From: Rhizophagus irregularis
Lineage: Eukaryota
Direction of reading: 5' to 3'
Length of the DNA: 64,000 bases
Assembly (NCBI RefSeq): GCF_026210795.1
Contig: NC_089431.1
Coordinates: 4,464,001 to 4,528,000, forward strand
Shown here: piece after piece, positions 37,920 through 50,769 of the stretch
How the letters are laid out: each line of letters opens with the position of its first letter
Numbering within the stretch: the first letter of the stretch is position 1
Position numbers and translations under genes: made by a program
Notes under the pieces: model-generated
Database searches by the model: none
Told to the model about the DNA's origin: nothing
Seen by the model: the letters and a program-made list of their open reading frames with translations, nothing else

Positions 37920-39578
37920 ATTTTAAAATTACTAGCGGGTTGGGAAGTGAAAGGGTGTTACTGTACATATTAATCATAGACATTTTTTTAACAATACATA
38001 TGTCATAGGTGTTCGCCATTTACGACGTACAGTATCTTTTCAATTAAAAAACTATACGTAATCAATTTAACTTTTTTATTTTATTCATAACTTTTTTGTA
38101 TTATATTATTTTAAATATCAATTAGATTCGTACCGTGAAGAGAAGCGGATCGAGATGCTTTAAATTTTTTTCAATCATCTATCACGCATACGCATCTTTG
38201 AGTCAGTTAAATACCCTAAGCGTACTTTACAGCCGAAAAGTACAGCTTCTTTTTAACTTGATAAGTGCACAATACTTCCATGTCACTTTGTCTAGTACTT
38301 TAAACTAATTTAGAATTTATCGACTTTATCTAACAACTAGTATAAGATAAATAAATTATCGATATAATTAATACTGAGTGGTGTACCACGTAATGTCTAA
38401 ATTTAATTTAGGTACTTTGAGATTCTAATCTTTTTACAAGTTTTTACGATTAAAGTCATCATAGCCTAATTCATAATATAAAATTATAGACGCCAACAGC
38501 CTCGTCTTTCGTAAATTTTCAGTTTGTAAGTAATTATTGGTGTATTAATTGTTTTAGATAATAATTTTCTTTATTCCTGGAATATTTCAGGACCTGGCTA
38601 CCAATGCCAAAAGCTCCAAACCGCCAGCAACCGTTCCCTACCTAAACATTCTAAATGAAAAATATTAATTTTATTTAACAAAATGTAAATACTTAAAGGA
38701 ATTATTAATTAAAAAAAATTAATCAATCATCGTTAGATCAAACTACTAAAATAGATCATTTGACCTATATGGTGATAACACTGACGTTTTTGTTAGCCAC
38801 TCGGAATTTGAAACAGTCGCGTTATAATAATAAAATAGTAATAAGTTTTACTTTTTTTTTGTTTACATGTAAACTCCTCGAAGTTATTGTTTACCATATT
38901 TATTATAAAAATCCACTGACTATTTTATATGTAAACTAATTGCTTTATATATATAAACAATATTAATAGTTTTTATGAATAATCTCTCGGAGAACTTTAG
39001 TACAAAAACATTTTTTAAACATGAAAGAAATAAATATTGAAACAATAAACTATCATTTCATTTCAACTTTGCATTATCAAGATACATTTATATTAAAAAA
39101 AATCTAGATTTTAATAGACTTTTTTTTTACAAATGATATTGTATTTTGGAGACTTTCATTAGAGTGGTAAGTGTAGGTTTACTGTGGATGCAGAGTTCTT
39201 GGTGGGATTATCCTCTCCTCTGTTATGTTCAAATTCTTTAGACAAAAAGTGATTCTAACACAATGCATGGGTGTATTAAGTTGTTCTCTCTCTGAAAGAT
39301 GACCTCTAAGTCACTGAGTGTGAACTTTATGCTTACTACTTTGATTGTTATTAGCAATGTCTGGGATCTCTAATATCCTGATGTTATTAATAATATTGCC
39401 TAGGATCTCATATTTTTGTTTTATTATTATTATTAGATTCTGCAAGAAAGTTGGAGTTGATATTAATTCAATGACAAGTTCAGATGTGCACTCTCATTAG
39501 ATTGGTAAGTTTCAGTAGACGCAGAGTTCTTTGGTGGGATTATACTCTCTTCTGCTATATTTAAATTCTTTTATCTAA

Positions 39579-40102
39579 TTAATTGCCGATTCGTCTAAGA
39601 ACGGCACTGCGTTACTAATAAAATTCGGGGTTAAATTTGTCGATTTTGTGCTAGAACACAATCTTCAGAAAGGGATATTTTCATAGACGACATATTAACT
39701 ATAAATAAAAGCCATATGATATACTGAAAAAATACTTGAAAAAAAAGAATTTGCAAAAAAAAATTATACGTTCATATGCAAAATAATGAGTTTACTATGT
39801 ACGCGCGTCAGATTTACACCTTAAAATGTAAGAAATTTCAATATTTTATTTTACTATATTATGTTATTTACATTACAAACATATATTTTTTGGCTTTCTA
39901 AGCTTTTTTTAAAGACTTTTTTTTAAATATTTTTCTTTATAGAACTAGTAAAAAATTGAAGGGTAGTTTTATTTGTGAAATGGGTGAAATGGGTGAAAGT
40001 TTATCCCGCGCGTGAGATGTAAAAAACGGGTTTTTTTATTATCGTTATTATCCCGAATTTTATTAGTAACGCAGTGCCGATTTTAGATGGATTGGCAATT
40101 AA
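39579..40102. mobile_element. MITE/foldback element with ~50-bp TIRs
   Basis: Perfect 28-bp IR CGGCACTGCGTTACTAATAAAATTCGGG (39602-39629 / 40052-40079), extending imperfectly outward to TTAATTGCC / GGCAATTAA. Confidence 0.85.
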
Positions 40103-40352
40103 TATATTTAAACTTCAACGAAGATTACAATATTTTGAATATTTTGTCCAAAATTTTTTTTTATCTCTGTAAATACACACATACCTATTCTTGTCTCAAC
40201 ACATGGTTTTTTATACAGTACGAAATTATCTTAATGATTATATTTTATTACAAATGCATAAAATACAAGATTTATCTTATTTTATTTTTTTAATAAATAT
40301 TAAAAATTTTAACAAAATATTTAATTTAATACTTTAGTATCATGAAAAACAT

Positions 40353-41957
40353 TTATAATTTAACAATAATCTGAAATATTTCATATTCTTCTATTAAAAA
40401 TTTATCTACTGTACCTCTGATTTGTTTATTGTACGAATCTTTTTTGCAATAACCAGTTTTGTTATTATATATTATAAGGTCTTCACGACCAAATGATGGT
40501 CCAAATGAATAAAAATTTACTATGGCGTGGTTTTCATCCTCCACTCGACTTAATATACGATTTTTTTTATTTTCCTCATTATTAAAAGAAAATATAAAAC
40601 TATCTTTAGTTTTACTATGTTCGTAATTGGAAAAAGAAGGTCGTAGATATTTGGATTCCCATGCAATCGGATTGTATCCTCCTAGAATTTCACTACTGTC
40701 TTCTACTTTAATTATTGTAATAGTATGAGATTTATTATCACAAATTTCATGAAATTTGTCAGACGTAAATCCATCACGAGATCCACGAAAAATTAATTTG
40801 AGTTCATACAAATTTTTCGACTTGCCCGTAAGCTTTAATCCATTAATCCATTTTAAGATTAATTCAACATATTGATACGTAATAATTTTTGAATCAATAC
40901 TCTTATCAGAACCAATTTCTTTGATTTCTTTAGTTCCTTTGATTTCTTTAGTTTCTTTGATTTCATTTTCTTTGATTTCATTAGTTTCTTTGATTTCCTT
41001 TGTTTCTTTAATCTCTTTTGTTTCCTTAGTTTTTCTAGTTGATGGCCTATAATCATGATTAAGAAAATTTTTCAATAAATCAATATACAATTCTTCTGGT
41101 AAAAGTTTTCGATAAGGAAATATATTATCTAAAAATTCTTTTGAGGACAAATTATAAAATTTAATAGAAGGAACACATTGTTGCAAGGTATTCTTTAGAA
41201 TTTTATGATCATCATTCGAATAGCTTGAAAGATCTGAAGAAAGCTCATGATTCTGAGCAATACCCCATTTAAGTACATGTTCCCAAACCTGAATTTCACT
41301 CATTTGAAGATTATCATGTTGAATAAGAGAGATTAATAAATTTTCTGAAATTGAAGTAAAATCGGGTGAATTAAAAATTTTTTCTGGTTGTTTAGACATT
41401 AACTCTGTACAAAAATTTTGAAGTTCTAAGAAAGAATCATTTTCAAAGCACGTTTGAAATATAAAATTAAAATTTTGTTCAACCCAGTCTGTTTTATTTT
41501 TAATCAAGAATGATTGAATATTTGGAATTAATTCTTGAAGACCTAGTTCATCTGCGGCAACTAAAATTTTAACGATATCAGAAGTATCATATTCTTTCAA
41601 GGTAAGTCTTCCTCCATAAATATACCTAAAAAATGAAAGCATTTATAAAATTAAAAAAATTATTTATTTTATTAATTTAAAACTTTCCTACCTTAAAATT
41701 ATCTGAAAAATTTCAGGTAAAATATTTGGTAATTTTATATATGTTAAAGTTCCATCACTTTTCTTTTTATTAGTTGACAAAATTCTTCGTAAATGAGGAG
41801 AACGATAATTTAAAATAACTATATGAGCACGAAATATTTTTACGTAAGGGTCATCCCCGACTTCGATTATAACATCATGATATTCGTCGTCATCCAATAC
41901 TTCAAGTAAATTTTGAGATAATTTTCGTAAATATACATTACGAATATTATGAGCCAT
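40353..41957 (-). CDS. BTB/POZ-BACK-TLDc protein, copy 7 (intron 41691-41626)
   Basis: Same architecture; longest KE(T/I) linker repeat. Confidence 0.92.
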
Positions 41958-43291
41958 TGCGATTGAAACAGAGAGAAAAAATTGTTGCAGATCGTCGAAT
42001 CTGTATCAACCATCGTCGGATAAATAAGACCGATTCCAAATTTAACGATGATCATTCCCATTTTTAATTGGGAATTTATATTTAACGAACTACGCAAGGT
42101 GATACAAAATGCGCGGAACGTGAGTATGTTTTCGGCTAATTTTGTGTTTGAAATTCATTAATTACATTAAGTACCTCTGTTAAAAAAGTTTTGTATGTCA
42201 TAATTATAGTTCGTTTTTAATACCTTTATTATTGGTACGTTGACTAGAAATCAATTCATGATAGATTTCAATTAGCCTGTTTTCAGGAATAATTTCTTAA
42301 AAGCTGAATGAATATGATTGTGATTTTAAAGTGGTATGACATTTCTATATATATCAGTAACAATGATTATTGATTTCCAGATACTAAACATTCATTCCTT
42401 TTTTTTCCTCTCATTTTAAAAAGTTTAATATAAGCAGAAAATTATTATATTTATTTTTTCTTCCTTCCTTCCTTCCTTCCTTTCTTATTTAATTTTTAAA
42501 TATAATAACTTTTTTTTTAGTGATGTATACTAATAATCTTTCAAATTCATATCCTCATGTTCTTAAAAAGCAATAAAGATAATGAGTATCATATTCTAAA
42601 TTTTTACATTCAGATTCATTAGAAACTTAAAAATAAAATAATTATTTACCCATTTCTCTTGGAACGAGTTTTATTGAATGAATCTTTACGGCTTGATTAA
42701 AAGGAATAGAGATCAAAAGTTGTTCATGAAAACTTCATAATCCGCCATATATTAACTTATTAATTTACTATTTTAATTAAAGACAATAACTGTTTCGAAG
42801 AACATATTCAGGAATCAGGAAGTAACCCTTTTTGCTAAATTTATATTATAAATATTAGTTATTCTCTCTTTATCTTTTCCGTATTGTACGTATTGTAATA
42901 AATTTGTGGTTTTTGTTTATCTATTACATGTTGTTCACCCTTCTTAGTTCGATGTATTATAAAAGCACAATAAAATTTTGTTATCCGTTATTATTTATTA
43001 GCTTATTGCAGAAACAATTTCGTGATTACTTTTAAATTGATTTGAAATATCAGATCTATGTTTCATTAATCTATATATTCATTTTATTAGTAAATCCGTT
43101 AGTTATTTATTAAAAATATTGAAATATGAACTTTTATAAAAAAATTTATTCCTAGAACCGGATAAAAAATTTTTTTCAGGTCATATTAATAAAATCAATT
43201 GCCAAGAAATGAAAACAAACTAACACAAATTTTTATTTTTTATAATATTATAAACTAAAAATTTATAAATAATTATTTGTAACTGTTTTAA

Positions 43292-43477
43292 TCAATTATT
43301 CTGTATTATCTGAAAAACTTCATATTCTTCTACAGAAAAATTATCCCTAGTTTCTCTGATCTGCTTTTCATAAGATCCTCTTTTGCAATAACTAGAGAGG
43401 ATCTAAGACCTCCACAAATTTTAAGGTCCTTACGACCAAATGATGGCCCATAATGAAGATAATTATCTATGGCGTTT
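43292..43477 (-). pseudogene. Isolated 3' end of a TLDc gene
   Basis: NAIDNYLHYGPSFGRKDLKICGG...SYEKQIRETRDNFSVEEYEVFQII. Its matching upstream region survives at ~46750-47150. Confidence 0.85.
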
Positions 43478-43557
43478 GCACCCATCAAACATTATTAAAA
43501 TATCACACACATCAATGGAAAACTGAAAAAAAAGACTAATTAGTAAGAAAATGAAAA

Positions 43558-43607
43558 TCACCTCCAAGAATTGAACTTGGACACAAAAATTGTGGAACCA
43601 ACGGTGA
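43558..43607 (-). other. tRNA-like mini-structure (acceptor-like stem plus T-arm/B-box)
   Basis: TCACC..CACAA/TTGTG..CCAAG TTCAATT CTTGG A GGTGA then TTTT. Too short for a tRNA and has no D-arm. Confidence 0.35.
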
Positions 43608-43702
43608 TGGATAATGTTGAGTTAATAAGTTATTAAGGAAAGAACTCAACAAAGGAATGAAATAAAGGGTATCACATGTGAAGAATGAAATCACATGAGA
43701 TA

Positions 43703-43950
43703 GATCAAATGATCAAGAAAGGTAAATTTTACAAGACAAAGGATCTCTCTGACACCAATTTGCATAGTACAAAGAGGGCGATGCAAACGATCCCCTTGTA
43801 AAATTTATCTATATAGGAATGGTCAAATGATCAAAAAAGGGTAAATTTTTATAAGACAAAGGATCTCTCTGACACCAATCAGCACGGTGCAATGCTTCAT
43901 GGGCGATGCAAACGATCCCCTTATAAAAATTATCTATCTAAGAATGGCCA
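43703..43950. repeat. Two tandem ~120-bp units, each a long hairpin
   Basis: GGATCTCTCTGACACCAAT at 43741 and 43861; GGGCGATGCAAACGATCCCC in both; each closed by a 12-15 bp stem. Confidence 0.85.
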
Positions 43951-46900
43951 AGTATTCCCCAGTTGACCAAAGGGTAAAAGATTACGTCTCCATGCTATAT
44001 TTGGTAAGCAATGGACCTAGCTACGTAATATAAGATTATTGAGAAAGAAAAAAGAAAAGAAAAAGATAGTAACTAAGCTATTGGGAAATTAAAAGGATAA
44101 TATTATTTAATAAATAGGTTAATTTATAAAGCAAAGAATAAAAAAAGTGGAGAATATAAATTATGCAATTAAGCAAATAAAGAAGATGAAGAAGAATTGA
44201 TGATAAGGTAGATAATATATAAAGAGTAAATGATAATAATATATATAGCAAAAAATTTTTAAAAGAGTAAAATAAATTATAGAGATATGAAGGAAGAGAA
44301 GGGAGATGTTTAAGAATGAAAAAGAGTATAGTAATTATGTGTTTCAATGAAATAAAAAACAAAACAATTATATGATTGAGGAGATTTGTATTGATGAGAA
44401 GGATTATAAAAAGAATGTAAAAAAGTAATGGAAGTAATGGTAGATGTTGAAATAATGATGGATGTTGAAGAGTTTCAATTTGTTGAGGAAGATTATAGCA
44501 TTTGTTGATTGGTATTTCATTGAAAACAGTAGAGATAATATTTGCGCACAATTGATAAGACATTTTCAGTTGATATAGAAGATTAATATTTGAGAGAAAA
44601 ATAATATTTGAGATTTGAAAAATAATACTTGAAAGTTTGAAAAATAATATTTGAAATTTGAATTTTTTCTTGAGGAAGTGAGGGTATATATATACTTGTA
44701 AAAACATTTGATAGCTCATAAAAAAAATAAAGATTATCATGTATGAGTCACATTTGTCACATCAGTTGATTCATAAGCTAATTGATCTGAAACTTGTACT
44801 GTAATATGAATCTTAACAGTTAATTAAAAAAAAAAAAATTATCAAGTTTTTTCTAAAAATATCATAATCAAAAATAATAAAATTTAAAGTAAATTAATAT
44901 TGGTAAAGGATAGATATTGCTATATTTACTATATTTTTGCTTTGGACATTTAGCTACAAGTAATTTTGAGCGATGTAATTATCACTGCATAAGCTTTTTC
45001 AGCAATTAGATACAATGACACAGATTTATACATTACAGGTAATAGAGGTATCATAATAAGTGTTACATACTTGGGAAGTATTATTTGACCGTGACATAGC
45101 TTATAGCATCATTTAATATCGGATATTGATTATTTTTTAATAGCCCAGACAATAATAATATTATAGGTATTATAGTATGTGGGCATATCACATGGATTAA
45201 TTGATGATCGGCTATAAATTTTTACTGATGTGGCCAACCATGTGAGTCAAACTTTTTTATTATCACAGGTATAGCCAAACTAAACAAATATACGTTGTTG
45301 TAAATTGAAATGTTATTGATATTGTATCTCATTATAGCTTATAGCTTTATCAAAATTTCTTCAGAAATGTAAGATTGACATGGCAACAACTAAAAAAATT
45401 AATAAATGATGAACTTCATTAATAAAATCATACTGTATTTTCAATAATGAGACTGTTTTTTATAATATTATAATTTTTTCATGTTAATAAAATGAACAAT
45501 TTAATTGAAAAAACTAGTAGATATCAACATATTACATGAAACAACTGAGATATCAGATCAGTTACATCTGTGATTTATATTATAGATTTTATGTTCGCCA
45601 AAAAGATGAAATAGTATCCGCAATTATCATATTTTGATAAAAAACAAAGATCATTATCTTTAACTTTGAACTTCAAAGAACAGAACTCGTATTAGCGTTA
45701 GATTTAAATATGTATAAAATACAAATTATCATTTATTTTATACCTAAATTTCCGTTTTATATAATATGGCTGAAAATTTTCATTTAATTCTATAATATTC
45801 TTGTTCCCTTATAACCAGGATTCAAATCACATCCTTCCAGCTGTTGAAAATGACCAATCATCTATTCATCCACAAGCTTGTAATACTTTGATTCATTTAC
45901 AAAAGATCTTCCAAAATCTAGCCGTAGTACCGCAGTACAGCAATTATTTCGTGCACAGTATGTATAATGACGTCATCATAAGAATTTTTTTATAAGCCAC
46001 ATTATAAAATATATTTTAGTATAAATCAAATTTCAGTTGATGTTATTGATTTTACATAGTATGTTATTTCTAATAAAAACTTTCTTTTAAATTAAAAAAA
46101 AATTGTTAAAACTTTTAAATTTTTAATTTTTTATAGGAGCTTCAATTGAAAATGAAAGTGAAAAATAACAAATTAGTAATTATAAAACTTTTTTACTATA
46201 AATGAATAAAATCAGTTTGTGATTGAGCAATAAAGTCAAATCGTAAAGACTTATTAAATGAATAAAATGATATAGAGTATATTCTTTCACAATAAAGTGT
46301 GGAATATATAATGAAAAGATTAATTAGAATGATATTTATCTGGACTATAAATTATTATTGCTTGTATAAATTTGATTATAGAATTATAGGTTCAATATTT
46401 TGCAAATGCTCATAAAAATAAAACATTAAATAAAAAAAAAAGAATATAATTTTGTGAGGGAAATTGAGCATTTTTCGTTAATTCTTATTTTAATTAAATT
46501 TTACAAAAAAAAAGACAATTTTTAATTACAATTATCTTTATAACAGATAACAATTTTTTTGTAAAATAAAAAAATTAATTTAGTATGTTACACGTCATCA
46601 TGCAATATGAAATCTGATTTTAAAAGTACGGATATAATAAATAGATTAAAATCACTCGCTTGGATAAAGTTCCAGCAGTTCGGTAAACAATATGAAAAAA
46701 TACACTTTAAGGTGGCACAAAATTTTAACAGACCGTCGCATGTTAATAAAGTTTTGTGACACGGTAAACATTTTCCGATTAGTAATAGGTTGTTGTAGAT
46801 CGTTTCAAATTGGGGATAAGTTGTTCCTTAGTTTGGCGGATCGACTCCGAGGTCCGAGCAGAGCATTCCGAATAATCGGCTCAGATCGAACCGGTTCTAC

Positions 46901-47343
46901 AAAATGGTTCCTGATTATAACAGAGATTTGATTCCATTTTTATGTCTTAAATATTTTACCAGATCGTTAGAAAGAAATTATTTCTTCCAAATTATATTGG
47001 AGCTTATTTTCATATAACGATAGCATATTACGCGGTAAGTATTAAATTATAAGGTTTAATCATTAAAAAAACAGATTGTGTAATGTACGGTCAATAATGG
47101 TGGGAAAGTGCCACTTCCTATTTTGGTCAGTCATAACTCTGCTGCTATTTCGATTTGACCATTATTTGTATCAGATTGTACAGTCACTACAGTGTAATAC
47201 TCAATAAATAGTAATTTCATTTGGTATTGTTGGTTGGCCACTATTTTTTTTTAATATTACCCGATCACTATTAAATTTATTTATAAAATTTCAGGAAACA
47301 GTTAATGAACAAGAAATTTTCTTTTGTTTTGTAAACGGTATAT

Positions 47344-47579
47344 CAGGACCCAGAAATATATATAAAAGGGTCAGGTTTGAGTTTGCGTATTTTGAACTAA
47401 AAAAATCATGAATATCTTTCCTTTTTTAGATAATTTTTTATAATGCCGGTCAGAATTTTATTTCCTAATATAGTAACTGACTGACATTTTCATAATTCCG
47501 GCCCTGAAAAAATGCGTACAGCTCATAGTAAAAAATTTTTTTCATCACCTGACCCCTATATATATATTTCTGGGTCCTG
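47344..47579. mobile_element. MITE with CAGG termini (hAT-like) and a 6-bp flanking repeat GTATAT
   Basis: TIR CAGGACCCAGAAATATATATA..GGGTCAGGT / ACCTGACCCC..TATATATATTTCTGGGTCCTG. Confidence 0.85.
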
Positions 47580-48304
47580 GTATATCACCTTTTTACAAAC
47601 TTCTAAATTTTATTATTCTGAATAATAATGCATTAAAGTTATGCTTTGAAAAAAAAATATCACCAAAAATTTGTAAATTTTCCTTTAATAACAGGTTTAT
47701 ATTACCTATTTTACAGTTCAGATCTTAATCCTACTGTAAATATTTTGAATGCTTTGAAATAATTTGGAAAATAAATTTATTAATAAAACAAAAGCTAGTA
47801 TCTAAACTGTATTATATGAAAAAGCAATGAAATTTTTGGTAATGAGTGGTTAAAAATTTTTTTTGCTATATCAAATTTAATTGGCAACATATAATATAAG
47901 TTATTCTATAACGTAGTTAGTATTTCAATTTTTAAAACATTTATTTTATTCAAATTACTAATTTAATAAAGTAAAATTTATATATATGTGTCATTTTTTG
48001 TTCAATATTTGAATTTTATGGGTTGATGATTATTATAATTATACTTTTAAATCATGCACTGTGTATATCGATTAATTATGCGTATAATCGCACAATTAAT
48101 AACCTAAAAGGTGACCTAAAGCCAAATATTTCATTTATTTACAAAAATTCGTAGAAATATGACTATGGATCAATTTGATCATCTAGATTTATCGATTAAA
48201 ATTCAGCCAAGTTATTACCAAAAGATGACTTAAGCGAAAATTTTTCTTTTTATCTACATACTGTAAATATGATACAGTAATACTAATTATATCTTATAAA
48301 TATC

Positions 48305-48826
48305 ATGATTTTGAGCAATGCCCATTTAAGAATGAGTTCCCAAATTTGGACTTCATTCATTTGATGAACAACATGTTGAATAATAGAGATCAATGAATTT
48401 CTAAACTCAGCCAATCAGGTGAATTGATATTAACTCTGACCGGCCGTTGGCATTCCTAGTACTACTATGACCTTTTACTCTTTAATAATCATTTTTCAGC
48501 TCATTTGGTGGATTAGGCCAAAATTTTCTCCATCCATGCAAAACTAATAAACTTAATTCACTGGGATTTTAATGATATTTAGGGTATCATATTCTATCAC
48601 AGAAATTCTTCCGCCATAAATATATCAATACCAAACCGTGAATTATTTACTGTATATAATGAATTATTTATCATCTTAAAATTGTTTGAACATTTTCATG
48701 TAGAATACAGTAATTAGTAATTTAATATGTGTTGAAGTTCCATCATTTTCCTTTTTATTAGTTGATAACATTTCCTTTAAATAGGTTTAAAATAACTATA
48801 TGAGCGCGAAATATAGGATCATTCCA
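48305..48826 (-). pseudogene. Heavily degraded BTB-BACK pseudogene
   Basis: Remnants of FRAHIVIL, LSTNKKENDGT, YIYGGRISVIEYD and MNEVQIWE.ILKWALLK with indels. Confidence 0.75.
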
Positions 48827-49262
48827 TATATTAGATCATTCCATATATTAATCTTTTTTCACTCTTCTTAGATCGAATATATTAACATAACACATTGACA
48901 CAGAGAAATCTTGTTATCTATTGATTATTAGCTTATTTCAGAAAATAATTCCGCTTATTGTGTTAAATTGGCTTATTGAACGTAGTATTGACATAACTTA
49001 TAATTCAATTATACTTCGTTCTTCCTATCCCATTTTATTGATAAAATAAGTTACAAAAATACTGAAATATAAACTTTATAAATACGATGCATTTATAAAA
49101 AATAATATTCCTAGTATTAAAACTGGAAAAAAGAATTATTTCACGGCATAATAAAATCTATTGTCAAAAAATGGAAACAAACTAACACAAATTTTACTTT
49201 TAATGATATCATAAAAAAAAAAAATTTAAAATATAAAATATTATTATTTGTAAATGTTCTAG

Positions 49263-50769
49263 TCAATTATCACGTACTATCTGAAAAACTTCATATTCTT
49301 CTACAGAAAAAACATCTTCAGTTTCTCTGATCTGCTTTTCATAAGATGCTCTTTTATTATAAGAGGATTCAAAGCCTTCACGAAATTTAAGGTCCTCACG
49401 ACCAAATGATGGTCCATATGAATAATAATTATCTATAGCGTATTTTTCTTCCACCACCCGGCTTAATATATGATTTTTAATATCTTTCTTATTGTTAAAA
49501 GAAAATATGAAACTATCTTTAGTTTCACCATATTCACAATTAGATATTGAAATGTAAATAGATTTCCACACAATCGGATTATATCCTCCAAGAATTTCAT
49601 TACTATCGTCGACTTTAATTATTGATATAGTATGAGATTTATTATCACAAATTTCATGAAATTTTTCAGCCGTAAATCCATCACGAGATCCACGAAGAAT
49701 TAATTTGAATTCATATGAATTTTTCAATTCATCTGCAATCTCCAATCTATCAACCCATTTTGAGATCAATTCAGCATGTTGAATTGTAATGATTTTTGAG
49801 TCTATGTTTTTAAGACTAATTTTTCTAGTTTCTTTGATTGTTTGTTGTTCTGACTTTTTACTTGGTTTATAATCATTGTCCAAGAAACATTGAATTAAAT
49901 TTTCATATAGATCTTCAGAAATAATCTTTCTGTATGGGTACACCTTACTCAAGAATTCTTTTGAAGCAAATTCAGTAAATTTAATTAAAGGAATAAATTG
50001 CTGTAAAGTATTTTTTAAAGCATTAAAATCATCATTTGAATAACTTGAAGGATCCAAGGAAAGTTCAGGATTCTGAGCAATACCCCATTTAAGCACATGC
50101 TCCCAAATTTGAACTTCACTCATTTGAACTTTATCAAGTTGAATAAGAGAGATTAATACTTTTTCTGAAATTGAAGTGAAACTAGAAGAATTAAAAATTT
50201 TTTCTGGTTGTTTAGATATTAATTCTGTGCAAAACTTTTGGAGATCCAAGAAAGAATCATTTCCGAAACTCGTTTGATATATTAGATTAAAATTTTGTTC
50301 TATCCAATTTTCTTTATTTTCAATCAAAAATGATTGTAAATGGGGGACTAATTCCTGGAGACTTAGTTCATTAGCAGCGACCAAAATTTTAATGATATCC
50401 AAAGTATCATATTCTACCAAAGAAATTTTTCCACCGTAAATATATCTAGAAATAAAATTCTCAAAAAATTAAAAATAATTTTACAAAATATATCTTATAG
50501 CAATTAGATTAATACCTTAAAATTATTTGAAAAATTTCAGGTAAAATGTTTGGTAATTTAATATATAATAAAGTTTCATCATTTTTCTTTTTATTTGTTG
50601 ACAAAATTCTTCTCAAGTATGAAGAACGATAATTTAAAATAACCATATGGGCACGAAAAACTTTTACGTGAGGGTCATTACCAACTTCAATTGTAATGTC
50701 ATAATATTCATCGTCATCTAAAATTTCGAGAAAATTTTGCGATAATTTTGACAAAAATTTATCAGTCAT
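49263..50769 (-). CDS. BTB/POZ-BACK-TLDc protein, copy 8
   Basis: True start MTDKFLSKLSQN; conserved intron with acceptor at 50447-50446. Confidence 0.92.

Noticed and set aside
43721..43934. Hammerhead ribozyme, H/ACA snoRNA or CRISPR reading of the tandem hairpins
   Set aside because: No CUGANGA/GAAA core, no correctly spaced H or ACA boxes, only two units and no cas genes.
44078..44740. 220-aa hydrophobic minus-strand ORF
   Set aside because: Compositionally biased (L/I/F/Y) with no domain; not supportable as a gene.
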